Part shown: in pieces, positions 1 to 12,279 of the stretch | How the letters are laid out: each line of letters opens with the position of its first letter | Numbering within the stretch: position 1 is the stretch's first letter | Source of the DNA: Elsinoe ampelina | Taxonomy: Eukaryota | NCBI GenBank assembly: GCA_010093995.1 | Contig: ML992502.1 | Span: forward strand, 1,894,312-1,958,311 | Direction of reading: 5' to 3' | DNA: 64,000 nt | Translations under genes and position numbers: made by a program | The notes under the pieces: model-generated | Databases searched by the model: none | What the model saw: the letters and a program-made list of their open reading frames with translations, nothing else | What the model was told of the DNA's origin: nothing

Positions 1-650
1 TCGAGCCCGTCGTCGACGTTCTCGTACAGCCTGCTGTTACGGATCGAGTTGCCCTCGCCCTTGCCCTCTTTGCAGGCGAAGCCGTCGGCGCTCTCGCCGT
101 TCTTGCGTGGGTCGCGGTTGCGGTAGCTGTCGAGGTAAATGACCGTGTTGTAGGAGCTAGCACCCTGGATTTGGAAGCCGCTCTCGTAGTTGTCGTGGGT
201 GCTGAGGCGTTCATAGTAGTTGTTGTTGGCGTCGCGGGCGTAGACGCCGTATGGGCCATTAATCAACTCAAGGTTGTAGAACTTCCAGTAGTCTGCCTTT
301 TCAATGTGGAGGATACCGCGGTCGGCGTTAGCGAGAGAGGCATCAAGGGCAGCGGGTGTGCCCGTGAGGCTCTCGCCATCGATGATGACCTTCTCGGTAC
401 CGTAGGAGCGGAGAGTAATGGGTGCGCTGGAGGTTCCGGACTTTGTGATCTGGATGTTCTTGGTAGGCTTGTAGGTGCCGGCACGGAGATTGATGACATC
501 GCCTGCTTTGGCAGCATTGACGGCGGATTGGATGCTACCGAATGGAGCAGTGATGGAGCCGGTACCAGTTCCGGAGGGAGAGACGAAGATGTCGGCTGCA
601 AGAGCCAAAGGCACCAGGGCGGAAACGAAAGGAAGCGTAGCGGAGCGCAT
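1..650 (-). CDS. Secreted polysaccharide lyase family 9 (PelL-like pectate lyase), 3' end runs off the window
   Basis: Manual minus-strand translation from ATG 650: signal peptide MRSATLPFVSALVPLALA, then IFVSPSG..APFGSIQSAVNAAKAGDVINLRAGTY and the PL9-type Ca-binding/catalytic motifs NGESADGFACKEG..GN..ENVDDGL. Not in the ORF track because there is no stop in the window. Confidence 0.85.
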   Translation of the reverse strand, partial: MRSATLPFVSALVPLALAADIFVSPSGTGTGSITAPFGSIQSAVNAAKAGDVINLRAGTYKPTKNIQITKSGTSSAPITLRSYGTEKVIIDGESLTGTPAALDASLANADRGILHIEKADYWKFYNLELINGPYGVYARDANNNYYERLSTHDNYESGFQIQGASSYNTVIYLDSYRNRDPRKNGESADGFACKEGKGEGNSIRNSRLYENVDDGL

Positions 651-1239
651 AGTTGCTGGCCCTACGTAGGGTTGACGATGAGTTTAAGCAAGGTTTGAGA
701 ATATCTGGGGTGCAGTAAGGGCTGTTTGCAATGGACAGGAGATGAGATATAAAGCTACACCTACCACAGTACTGTACTTGACCCGAGCTTGAAATGCTGT
801 GATTACTATTGCGAGCGGACAATTTACGAGCGCCCCTTACACGAATCGCCTCGTGGCTGGGCTTGTATTGCAAGATTTATTCTCCGTGGAGAGGGGTGAA
901 GGAGGGACTTGATGGAAATGAAGCAGGACGTGGAAGCGGACTGCGTCAATCCGGGAAGGTCCACCCTGCATGTTTGACTTGGCACACACCCGACTCCACA
1001 TCTTCTTCCACCAATCTTCGTCCTTGTCACAGCCTGTCACGACCTAGATTTTCGAGCCGTCGATTCGGTACCGAGCTAATTGCGGGGGCAAGGTGGGGGT
1101 ACATGGTCAAAACATGTCTCACACGTTCAAGGGCGATATCGCCGCAGGATCTGCTGGAATGACCATCCAAAAGTCTACCCTACGAGACACTACAGAATGG
1201 TATCATCGTGGAACATAGTTACGAAGAGCGATACGTGGA

Positions 1240-2625
1240 TTACAATCTGGCCTGCGACTGATGTGACTTCGACTCTTTGTCAAGATCACGCAATTCTCGC
1301 CTCGGAATCCTCTTGCTCGTGGCCTTGCTCCAATCGACATTTTTCTTCCATGCCCAGGCCTGGTCCATGATCTCTCCATTGCTCTCGCCATTGAGCACGT
1401 TGACTACGTACTTGCCTGCCACGGGAAGAAATCTGTCACCATGTCAATATCAGCTTCGTGCATCTCGTTCGATCACTTACTTGTACCCATGAAAGCTGCC
1501 ACCTGCCACAATGAACAGATTGTTCAGCTTCTCGTGCGGATGCCTGCAAAGTAGCCAGTCTTCAGTGGGCGTCACGGCATCGTAGCAGATTCTCCAGTAT
1601 TCAGGCGTCTTGTCTCTCGTGTACTCAGCCATCACTTTGTTGAGTATCAGATCTTCCGTCTCCCTCTTGATCGATTCTGGAACGTCGTACTGGCTTCGTC
1701 CGACAGGCGGCGCAGTGATCTTCTTGCCCGAGGCCGTAGTCACGGTATTGGTGAAAGTACCGCTCGAATTGGAATACTTGATGAGGTTGTTGTCCTTTGA
1801 TGGTGGGATCACTTCGCCATGCTCGCCGAGTACGACGCACGGTAGTTCCGCGTCTGTCAACCTTTCCACGTCGGCGTCAGATACTTTATAGTATGCCGTC
1901 ACACCGCCAGTAGCTTTGACCTGCTGCTCGATCCTGTCCTGCTCGGGAATGTCTAGTGCATCCTCGAGTGGCGAAAGGGTCGCACTCGTCCAGGCTCCGA
2001 CAGCGAGCAAAATCTTGTCGGCCTGGTAATGTTTACCTTCCGAGGTACAGACAGACTTGATGCCGCCTGTCTGTGTATCCAGTATCAACTCATGAACATC
2101 GCCGATCACCCTCTTCACACCCCTGGCCTCTGCAGCTGCCATCAAGCTTGCCGTTGCAGCTGAAGCGTTGCACCACCCAGCCTCTGGATTGAAGTATGCA
2201 CTTTCATATCCTTCGGTATTGGTATCTCGTAAGGCATCCCATCTCTTATGCAGCTTGTCCAACGGCACGTCTTCAGTGAGATTCGACCCTCGAGCTTTCA
2301 TCGTCGTCCGTACATCTTTGGCGAGAGTACTACCAGTCTCGTTCATATAGAGCCAGCCGACCTTGAAGAAGTGTGATTGCAATTCATGCGTCCAGAACCA
2401 GTCATGAAGTGCAGTAAAGGAGAGATTACTATAAAGGGGGCTTGCATAGTCAGTCCTTATGATCCGGTTGATGTCGATAGCGGCTGCGGGCTTGGGTGGT
2501 GAAGGATCGCGGTCGATAATGGTGACTCGGGAGGGGTCCTTGTATGTCTTCGCTAGGTGCCATGCTGTGGACACTCCGAAGGTGCCGGCGCCGATGATGA
2601 GTATGGAGGGCTCTTGTGGAGGCAT
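1240..2625 (-). CDS. FAD-dependent amino-acid oxidase (fructosyl-amino acid / sarcosine / pipecolate oxidase family), peroxisomal
   Basis: GAGTFG dinucleotide motif, DINRIIRTDY, WRICYDAVTP, and GGSFHGYK|FLP joined across a GT-AG intron at 1433-1480; last exon ends -ARL (PTS1-type). Confidence 0.88.
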
Positions 2626-3162
2626 TGTCTACCTAGCTGTGCTCATGTTGCGCGGAGGCAATTGATGGAGAGGACAAGAGGAGGACAATTGTGATACTTC
2701 CCTGGTACCTACCGACATTGATGAGCCCCGCATGCTTCCACTTACCGACCTCGTGAAGCGGAAACCGATTGTCGGGCCCTGCGGATCCATACTTGCGTAT
2801 CGCCAATGCCCTGATAGCTGAACAGGGAAAGGGTCGTGAGTCGGAGCTGAGAATTTGAGTGGATGATGCAGTGAGGGGAAACGTGGGGAAGAGACATTGA
2901 CAATGTCATTCCCAGCCAAACACGCGTTCGCCCGACATGGTCGGTTTGAGGAACATGCCCGTATGTTCAGACCAAGAAGTCCTATCAGGTCTCCTCATCA
3001 ATTATATTACAAAGACTATCGAATCAGATAACTTTCTCGACCGCGTCTCCAAGCGACCTAAGACCTTTTCTGGTAGGACATTGAAGGCAAACCGCCACAG
3101 TTCTGTGCCATGCACGTGCTATGATCCACCGGTTCTGGTGCACCGCAGAATCCCGACGAGCA

Positions 3163-3710
3163 CTAAAAAATCTTGCCATGATCGCCGACCTCAGGACTTC
3201 CTCCTTCCACAAGCACCAAGAATTCATGCCCCTCTGGCAATACACCAAAGGGCCACTCAATGCCATTTGCCTTGACAATTTCTAGTGCCTGTGATGGCTC
3301 TGTGTGGTCAACCCAGAATCCTGTGTCCGCACATGAAACGACCGTCGAGTCCTTGTCGTCGTTGTCACTGAACAGAGATCCTTGTAGCTTCGCAGTCCGT
3401 ACGTATCTGACGGGGGAAGATGACATGATCGGATGAGCATATTCCTTTGTCATAGCGAGGTCGACCTGAACCACCCCACGTCCGAAAGCGCGCAGACAAG
3501 CCATGATCGCAAAAGGATGCGAGCTCAGGATACCAAAACCACGATCCCTATCGCCTTCGCGAAGCTTCAGCAGCAACTGTGGACATATCAGTAAGCTACT
3601 TCAACAATCGGCAGATCCTCCTCACGGCGACCATAAGAGGGCATACCTTGGTAGCAAGTCCCATGTTCCTGAATTCCGGCACCACGACAAGCTGTGTGAT
3701 CCAGCAGAAG
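3163..3710 (-). pseudogene. 5'-truncated GNAT-like fungal hypothetical gene
   Basis: CWITQLVVVPEFRNMGLATK|LL (GNAT motif-A-like) across intron 3577-3646, then GILSSHP, DTGFWVDHTEP and WPFGVLPEGHEF. An in-frame TAA at 3746-3748 lies upstream, with no ATG or splice acceptor to supply the expected N-terminal half. Confidence 0.55.
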
Positions 3711-3894
3711 AGTAGTGGATTGCAGAATCGGTCTCCGTAGTAAGGTTATGAGCAGCCGGAGTCACACAAGGCTAGTTTCTACCTTTACGCTTGCGCAAAA
3801 CTCTGACACCTCTAACCTAAATTCCTGATGCAATGCTTATCCATGTACACCCCTGCATGCTCATTCTCAGCCGAACGGATGGTCCCCGGAAGTA

Positions 3895-4356
3895 ATGTTC
3901 AACCTCCAGTCATGTCACGGAGACAAATCCCTCCCTCTTCTCACCGCTCGGGAAGCCACCGTCCTATCCAATGGCATCACCACCGGAACCTGCCAAGAAT
4001 TCAAGCGCGTCGCCTACGGCATCACCGCCATCTCCCACGCTCTCGAGACAGCCTACCACCAAGGCATGGATCTCTGGTCCGGCTCTGACCTGGGCCGTCG
4101 CCTCCAAGCCGCGTCGGATTTCAACATCGAGCAAGCAGACGCGGCGAGCGTGCCGGCTTGGCTATGCGAGGGGCGGGCCGTGGATGGGACGGATATCGGC
4201 GGCACGACGGAGGTGTTGCTTAATGCGATGCACAACAGGTTGAGGGTCCAGATGTGGAAGAGGGAGAGTCATACGAATAGAAATAGGCCGATGGGGGCTG
4301 ATCATTTGGATTTGGCGCGGGAGCCGTTGACGCATGCTGGGTGGCTGGTGGTGTAG
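3895..4356 (+). pseudogene. Degenerate C-terminal fragment of an alginate-lyase-family (PF05426-like) protein
   Basis: Matches, from recall, the family C-terminus (YGIxAISHxxETxxxQGxDL; VPxWLC; TEVxxNAxHNRL; RPxG..ETLTHA), but conserved positions are eroded (GTCQE for ETCRD, AREPLTHA for AWETLTHA). No signal peptide or N-terminal part. Confidence 0.55.
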
Positions 4357-4359
4357 AGG

Positions 4360-6108
4360 TTAGTAATGGGTGGCGACGGCGGAGGAGCAGGTGCGCTCGA
4401 TGAGGGCGGCGTGGGCTGGACTGCGGGGGCGGATCTTGACGGCGAAGGGATCGGCGCCTTGGGTGAATTGGGGGATGGTCATGGTGTCGATCGGGTGGGA
4501 CTGAGTCAACATGTTAGATCGGTGTGTGAGATGAGAGTGAGCGTGTTTACTACCTTGTCTTCTTCGAAATCGAAGCAGTATAAGAGACGTGCTGCTGCGA
4601 TCCAGACGTTGCTGTCTCCAACGTGGTAGCCTACGCAAACACGACGGCCTGCATCTTGAGTCAGCCTCGGCAAGTGTCAGATGGTTTAGAAGACTTACCT
4701 GGACCGAAAGCCCAGTGGCCCTTCAGCGGGTTCGCCAGATCCTCGTTCAAGAATCTCTCCGGCCAGAACCTCTCCGGCTCCTTATACTCCCTCTCATCCA
4801 GCGCAATCGCCCATGCATTCCAAGTGAAGACCGTTCCAGCTGGGAACTTGTACCCCTCATACTCATCATCCTTGATGAGCATAGTCGGTGCACCAATCTC
4901 CGCAATATTCGGCCGCCACCTGAATCCCTCCTTCACCACCGCACTGATATACAGCAATCGACTCCTGTCGTCCAAGTCCGGTAGCCGCTCCGCATTGGCG
5001 CCGCACACGGCATCGAGCTCCTTGCGTGCTCGAGCTACCCAGTCTGGAGAAGTACATGCGCCGGCAATGATCTGACAGATCGTGACTTTGGAGGTATCAG
5101 ATCCGGCTTCCATGAGACTGCCGAACGTGAAGAGCTTGGTGACTTCGTCGAGGTCTTTTTCCTTCTCGCACTGCTTGAGGAATTCGACCGCGAAGCAGTC
5201 TTTGGCTTCACCTTTGGCGAGCTTGGCTTCGATCATGTCAACTTCACGCTTGTAGCAGCTGGTATTTCGTCAGCATATATTGCGCTACTATGGTGGAGGA
5301 ATTGTGTACTCTCGTGTTCGTTTGAAGATCTCTTCGCCCCGAGGACGCCACCAATGCAAAAAGGAAGGAAGCTTGTTCAGCACAGGATAGGCGTCGACGA
5401 GGTTTGCACCCGGCTGAGTCTGCATCAGGAAGTCTTCCATCGTCTGAAAGAGTTCGGCTGTGGCGGGGTCACCGAGAATGGACCGTCGACCAAAGATGAC
5501 ACTCATGATGACCGAGTTTGAGAACCTACCACTAGCACTGTACCACTTGTCGGGGTTCTTGAGATAGTCCCACAGTAGCTGTCTGGACTCCAGGTCCTGG
5601 TAGGGTTTGTAGACGTCCGTCTGCCGGATGTTGAGAATGCCGTGCATGATCTTTCGGAGCTTCCTCCATTTGTCATTATACTGCATGCTGACTATGCGAG
5701 CCCCGCCAGAGATGATACCCTGCGCCATTGGCCACTCTGGGCGTGAGCTGTAGATGGCGGACCGCTTCTCCATGAGGTCTTCAACGATGCGGGACGAGTT
5801 GAGGAAGACCCAGGTGTCGGCTCCGAACTTGCAGGTAAACCTGGTAGTATCAGCATGAGGGACTAATGAGTCGGATTGTGTAGTGAATATCACATCTCGC
5901 CGTATTGCTCTGCCAACTTCTTTGCCCATGGTCCTTGTTGCTTGGGAGGGACTTGGAAAGTGTTGCCGAAAAATGGTATGCCAGGTACTCGCGGTGGCAA
6001 CTTGTACTTTGCATTCCACTGTGCGTCCTGAACTACCTTCGCAATCACAGCTATTAATACCAATCCAGCAACAGCTTGCCAGCTGAGGAGCAGCGTCAGC
6101 AAGCCCAT
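4360..6108 (-). CDS. Cytochrome P450 (5 exons)
   Basis: N-terminal TM anchor plus PPRVPGIP; I-helix EAGSDTS; KEGFR (ExxR); PERF; heme motif FGPG|RRVCVG rebuilt across an intron; four GT-AG introns (about 5842-5893, 5219-5309 region, 4650-4698, 4501-4553); stop at 4360. Confidence 0.93.
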
Positions 6109-6674
6109 GATGGTCAGATCTTCTGTCTGATCGGTCAGCAGTTGACAGCGCGAGGGGCTGTGTGTGGGAGTTTGAAAAGTAGAGTAAGACAAAAACCAGC
6201 ACTGGTACAATGTACCTAGTGACCTACAGCTTATGAAGCATCTCACAGCTCATGACACTCCAAGCACGTTTCTCACATTGATGTGGGGATGAAAACAGTG
6301 CCGGCCAGAGGTGCTGCGTACCCCACATCTTGGCATTTCCACTCTTCAGGTCACGTGCCCGACGGCGCGACAAGACTCCCACACTAATCCGAGCTCTTCG
6401 ATTGGCTCCACTCTTGCGCCCACGCCTGAGTTGTCTTAATACATTACCCCTCGTCCGTACTTTGTGCTTCTAATGCGTTGCTTGAAAATATCCATGTGTT
6501 TTCAAAGGCATGCCTGTAACGCTCCAAGGTGGGGTAAGCTTCATACGATGCTTCATGCACTCGAGTAGCAGATATTACCTTGCAAACCTTGTCCCATTCC
6601 TGTGTTAGTCCGCATATCGCATTTCGAGAAAGACCAGTCATTTGTTTGATTTCGAAAGCACACGGAAGACAGTC

Positions 6675-8047
6675 ATGGCCGAGCAGCAGCAGAGTCCTGT
6701 ACCAAGCCCAGATCAGATCAAGGTTGAGCATGCTCAGGTCATCATTGTCGGAGCCGGACCCGTTGGTCTCTTCAGTGCTTTGAAGATGGTCCAAGCCGGC
6801 ATCGACGTGATCATCCTAGAGGCTGAGAAGGGCATTATACAGAGTCCCAGAGCGACCACGTAAGCTCTTAATATTACCAGTCGGACGTTGGAAATTTAAC
6901 ACGTTCAGATACATGCCCATAACCCTCCACGAAATGGAGCAGGTTGGGGTATATGCGGACCTAGAGGCTGCCGGCTTCAAGAACCGTGGTGGTATCACCT
7001 TTCGCGAATCACATGCAAAAGGTGGCGAAGTGCTGGCGCAGCTCAAGATGTCCGTGGTTCCCAAGGGATCCGTCAAGTATGATTTTGCTGGTATCCATCT
7101 CGGACAGCACAGTCTTGCCGAGATTCTCCTACGACACTGTGAGAAGCATACAAACTTTAAAGTCCTGTGGGGGCATCGCTTCGCTGGGGCTCAACAAGAC
7201 GATGATGCTGGTGGTATAACAGTAGCGGCTGTGGGACCTGTCGGAGAGCGCTTCTTCACCGGCGACTACCTTGTAGGAGCTGATGGCGCAGGAAGCGCTG
7301 TGCGCCGATCACTCTGCATTCCTTTCGAAGGCTTCACCTGGCAAGACTTTCGCTTCGTGGCCTGCAACGTCAAGTATGATTTCGAGGGCTTGGCAGGATT
7401 CTCGACTGCGAATATGGTCGTGGATGAAGAGGACTGGGCGGTAATTGCTCGGACTGGTCGTGAGGATGCACCATGGCGGGTAGCTCTTGGGGTGAGGACG
7501 GATGTGCCAGAATCGGAAATTCTGAACCAGCTACCTGGGAAGTTCGAGAGGCTGTTTCCGGGCCCGAGACCTCTCAAGTATGAGATTGTCTCTGCTAATC
7601 CATACTGGGCGCACCAGAGGATAGCGTCCAAATTGAAGGTCGGCAGGATTGTGTTGTGCGGAGACGCCGCACACGTGAGTACTCCCTACACTGCTAGTAG
7701 GTAAAGCTGACAGATTGCAGTCAAACAATCCCATTGGTGGTCTGGGACTGACGACCGGTCTGATGGATGCAGCAGCTCTTGGAAATTGCTTCATTAGGAT
7801 ATACAAGTACAATGAGCCTGCTCAGCATTTGCTCGAGAGGTACGCCGAGGTGCGAAAAGAGGCTTGGGTCAAGTACACCAATCCAGGCTCCATCGATTTC
7901 AAGATGAGGGTACATTCGACGCACCCAGATGCAGTGGCGTCGAGAGAGAAGTTCTTCGGGGCTCTCAACAATGACCCAGATATTCACCTGAAGATGGCCA
8001 CTATGATGAATGAGGTGATACAGGATGAGTTCAGCCTACCAGAATAG
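6675..8047 (+). CDS. FAD-dependent aromatic-ring monooxygenase (FAD_binding_3, PheA/MhpA-like)
   Basis: GAGPVG, GADGAGSAVRR and GDAAH|SNNPIGGLGLTTG motifs; introns 6860-6908 and 7675-7720. Confidence 0.92.
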
Positions 8048-8524
8048 ATTCGTTTCTAATTGGATGCTCGTCTCCAGGCCTGTATGTGACAGAGAGTATC
8101 GAACTCGTTATTTGCTGGTCTCCGGTCATGCAATTGCTCGTTCCTTGCGTAAATGGCTTATCCGAAGATTAGAAATGAAAGAAGTCAGACGAGTGACATG
8201 AATAGCCAGGGTTAGCCAGATCTTCTGTCATACTGCGTAGTGAAGATATGGTCACCCGTACTTGCTGCCTGCTGTGCTGCTCAAACGTCATGCAGTCCAT
8301 CGAAACAGCTTCATGCGATTTCAAAGCTTCTCTCATCACATCTTTCAGTCTCTTCACAACCATTCACATACACTCATTTTGCATCAGCAAGGATCTTCTT
8401 CGCGCTTGCGCTTCTCCTTTCAGTCCCTGTGACAATTCCGTACCTTCAAGGAGATCCACAAGCCGCCAAACTGGGTAAACGACGGCTCTCCGACGAGGCC
8501 GTCGCCAGTCCTGCGAAGAAAGTC

Positions 8525-11500
8525 ATGACCGTGAGTATGCTCTCGCTAGTTGTGAAGCCACGAGCTGACACATCACGCACAGGATAGTAAGATGGACGTC
8601 GACAGTCCTGCTGCTGCCGTCGAGCAGCTCAAAGAAGCAAATGGCGAGATCGACGAATCCTTGTACAGCCGACAGCTTTATGTTCTCGGCCACGAAGCCA
8701 TGAAGCGCATGGGAGCGTCAAACATTCTAGTGGTTGGCCTCAGAGGTTTGGGAGTGGAGATTGCAAAGAACATCGCACTGGCTGGTGTAAAGAGCTTGAC
8801 ACTATTCGACCCAAAGCCGGCGGCTATCTCAGATCTATCCTCACAGTTCTTCCTCCACCCCGAAGACGTTGGAAAGCCGCGAGATCAAGTCACAGTACCT
8901 CGCGTGTCCGAACTTAATCCATACGTTCCCATCAAAGCGCACCCAAGCAAGACCATCACCTCCGATCTGCAATCGCTCAAGGCATATCAAGTAGTGGTTC
9001 TCACGGACACCTCTCTCCAAGATCAGCTTCTCATTTCAGACTACTGTCATGAGAACGGAATCTACGTTGTGATTACGGATACCTTCGGTCTCTTCGGATC
9101 CATCTTCACAGATTTCGGCAAGAACTTCAGTGTGGTTGATCCAACTGGCGAGGAGCCCAAGCACGGTATCGTTGCGGGCATTGATGAGGAGGGACTTGTG
9201 TCGGTACTGGACGAGACGCGCCATGGATTGGAAGATGGGGACTATGTCACATTCACAGAGGTGGAAGGAATGGAAGGAGTCAACGGTGGAGCGCCAAAGA
9301 AGATTACGGTGAAGGGGCCATACACGTTCTCGATCGGTGACGTCTCCAGCTTCGGCGCCTACAAGCGTGGCGGCCTCTACCAACAGGTCAAGATGCCAAA
9401 GTTCATCGACTTCGAACCATTCGCAAAACAGCTCAAGACACCAGAACTCTTGATGTCCGACTTTGCCAAGTTCGACCGTCCGGCGCAGCTCCACATCGGC
9501 ATTCAAGCTCTCCACGCATTTGCCGAATCGCATGGCGGAAAGTTCCCTAGGCCACACAACGACGAAGATGCTGGAGAGGTGTTGAAGCACGCCCAGGGTC
9601 TCGCGGGTGCAGGCGACGATAAGGTGGAGCTGGACGAAAAGCTCATCAAAGAGCTATCATACCAGGCGCAAGGAGATCTTAGCCCCATGGCGGCGTTCTT
9701 TGGTGGTCTAGCCGCACAGGAGGTGCTAAAGGCTGTCTCTGGAAAATTCCACCCGATCAAACAGTGGCTTTACTTCGACTCCCTGGAGTCTCTCCCAACA
9801 ACTTCTAAGCGTTCAGAAGAGCTCTGCAAGCCAACAGGCACCAGATACGACGGACAGATTGCAGTTTTTGGTAAGGAATATCAAGACAAGCTTGCAAATG
9901 TCAAGCAGTTCCTGGTCGGTGCTGGTGCTATTGGTTGCGAGATGCTGAAGAATTGGGCCATGATTGGTCTCGGCACTGGTCCCAATGGTAGCATCACAGT
10001 CACCGATATGGATCAGATCGAGAGGTCAAATCTCAACCGACAATTCTTGTTCAGACCAAAAGACGTGGGTCAGCTGAAGAGTGACACCGCGGCAAGAGCA
10101 GTCCAGGCGATGAACCCTGATCTCAACGGCAAGATCAACGCTTTGAAGGATCGTGTCTCTGCTGACACCGAGCACATCTTCAACGAAAAGTTCTGGGAAG
10201 GCCTGGATGCTGTCACCAACGCGCTCGACAATGTCGATGCGAGGACGTACGTCGACCGTCGTTGTGTATTCTTCCACAAGCCTCTGGTCGACAGCGGTAC
10301 TCTCGGCACCAAGGGCAACACACAAGTTGTCCTTCCACGCCTCACTGAATCCTACTCAAGCTCGCAAGATCCGCCAGAACAATCATTCCCCATGTGCACA
10401 CTCCGCAGCTTCCCCAACAGGATCGAGCATACCATCGCCTGGGCCAAGGACCTCTTCCACACGTACTTTGTTGGCCCTGCTGAGATCGCCAACCAGTACA
10501 TCTCTTCACCCAACTACCTCGGCTCAGCACTCAAGCAATCAGGTAACGAGAAGCAGACTCTCGAGACACTTCGCGATGCATTGGTCACAGAGAAGCCAAA
10601 GAGCTACGAAGACTGCGTCTCCTGGGCGAGGTTCCAATTTGAGAAGCAGTACAACAACGCGATTCAGCAACTGCTATACAACTTTCCCAAGGACTCCAAG
10701 ACGTCCAGTGGTCAGCCATTCTGGTCTGGACCAAAGCGTGCACCTGATCCATTGCGGTTCGACCCCGAGAACCCCACGCATTTCACCTTTGTCCTCTCGG
10801 CCGCAAACCTCCATGCTTTCAACTATGGCATTTCTCCCAAGCAACAAAAGGACAAAGCTGAGGTCGTCAACATGATCAACAATGTCATGGTACCCGAATT
10901 CAAGCCGGATCCTGGCGTCAAGATTCAAGCCAACGACAGCGATCCAGACCCGAACGCAAGCAATGCTGCCGGCGGGGACGACAACGCCGAACTGCAAAAG
11001 ATCGCCGACAGCCTTCCCACGCCCAAGGCTCTTGGTGGTTTCACGCTGACTCCTGTAGAGTTCGAGAAGGATGATGACACGAACTTCCACATCGACTTCA
11101 TCACTGCCGCGTCGAACCTGCGCGCGGAGAACTACAAGATTGCGACTGCTGATCGCCATAAGACCAAGTTCATCGCGGGCAAGATTATTCCTGCCATTGC
11201 CACAACCACAGCTTTGGTCACGGGTCTTGTCGTTCTCGAAATCTTCAAGATCATTGACGGCAAGGATGACATTGAGCAGTACAAGAATGGATTCGTCAAT
11301 CTGGCGCTTCCATTCTTCGGCTTCTCTGAGCCCATCGCCAGCCCCAAGGGCAAGTACCAGGGTCCGAACGGAGAGGTCACCATCGACAAGCTCTGGGACA
11401 GATTTGAGACGGAGAACGTGACGTTGCAGCAATTCCTCAAGGACTTTGAGGCGAAGGGTCTGAGCGTCACCATGATCAGCAGTGGAGTGAGCCTGCTATA

Positions 11501-11739
11501 TGCCAGCTTTTATCCACCTGCGAAGCTGAAAGACAGGTTGCCGTTGAAGTAAGTTTGCATGTTGCTGCGTTCTGCAAAACCACTGCTAACATTTTATCAG
11601 GTTGAGCGAGCTTGTCGAGACCATCAGCAAGAAGCCTATCCCCGAGCACCAGAAGAATGTCATCTTCGAGATCACGGCGGAAGATACGACCGAGGAGGAC
11701 GTCGAAGTGCCCTATGTCATGCTCAAGTTGGACAAGTAG
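8525..11739 (+). CDS. UBA1: Ubiquitin-activating enzyme E1
   Basis: [30 protein letters not shown], catalytic [28 protein letters not shown] micro-exon plus intron 8531-8582; last intron about 11549-11600; stop 11737-11739. Confidence 0.97.
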
Positions 11740-12279
11740 ATGGAGTGCACGATTCAACACAAGACGGCGTTGATGTGGGTCAGGCGATGCTGGGGACAAG
11801 AGCCATCACATAGATAGACCAGTCACGGACTGCGGGCAATTCAACACAGATATATGTTACTTTCTGCTGAGCACTTGTGGCATGAATTGGCTGGCGCATG
11901 ATGTCGATGAACCATGGCACGTGCACGCTTCTCCCAAGATTCCTTGTTTGCGGGGCGGAATGTGGGAATGCCCGGGAAAAGTCGCGTGGCTGGAAGCGGG
12001 CGCGTATTTTTCGACTTCTTTGTTTCCGCCCACTTAGATCCCGCATGCGTCATTGTCAACGACCTTGATGATTCCGACTAGCATTATCCTGCACTTATGG
12101 ACAAAGCATGTGACAATGCCATGACCTATTGTGTGATTGCGCCATTGTCGCATGTGTTTTTATAGTACTTGCGGCATCTCGGCTCCGACCAGCCAAACTT
12201 TAGTCGCAAACTTCACATCCTCACATCCTCATATCACGGATCACATTCCGCCACAGGACCTGGATCCACAGCAAACACG

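Noticed and set aside
171..698. 175-aa + strand ORF
   Set aside because: Antisense shadow of the PL9 gene; non-ATG start and no motifs.
9036..11473. Several 100-250-aa ORFs overlapping UBA1
   Set aside because: Antisense or alternative-frame shadows produced by strong codon bias.
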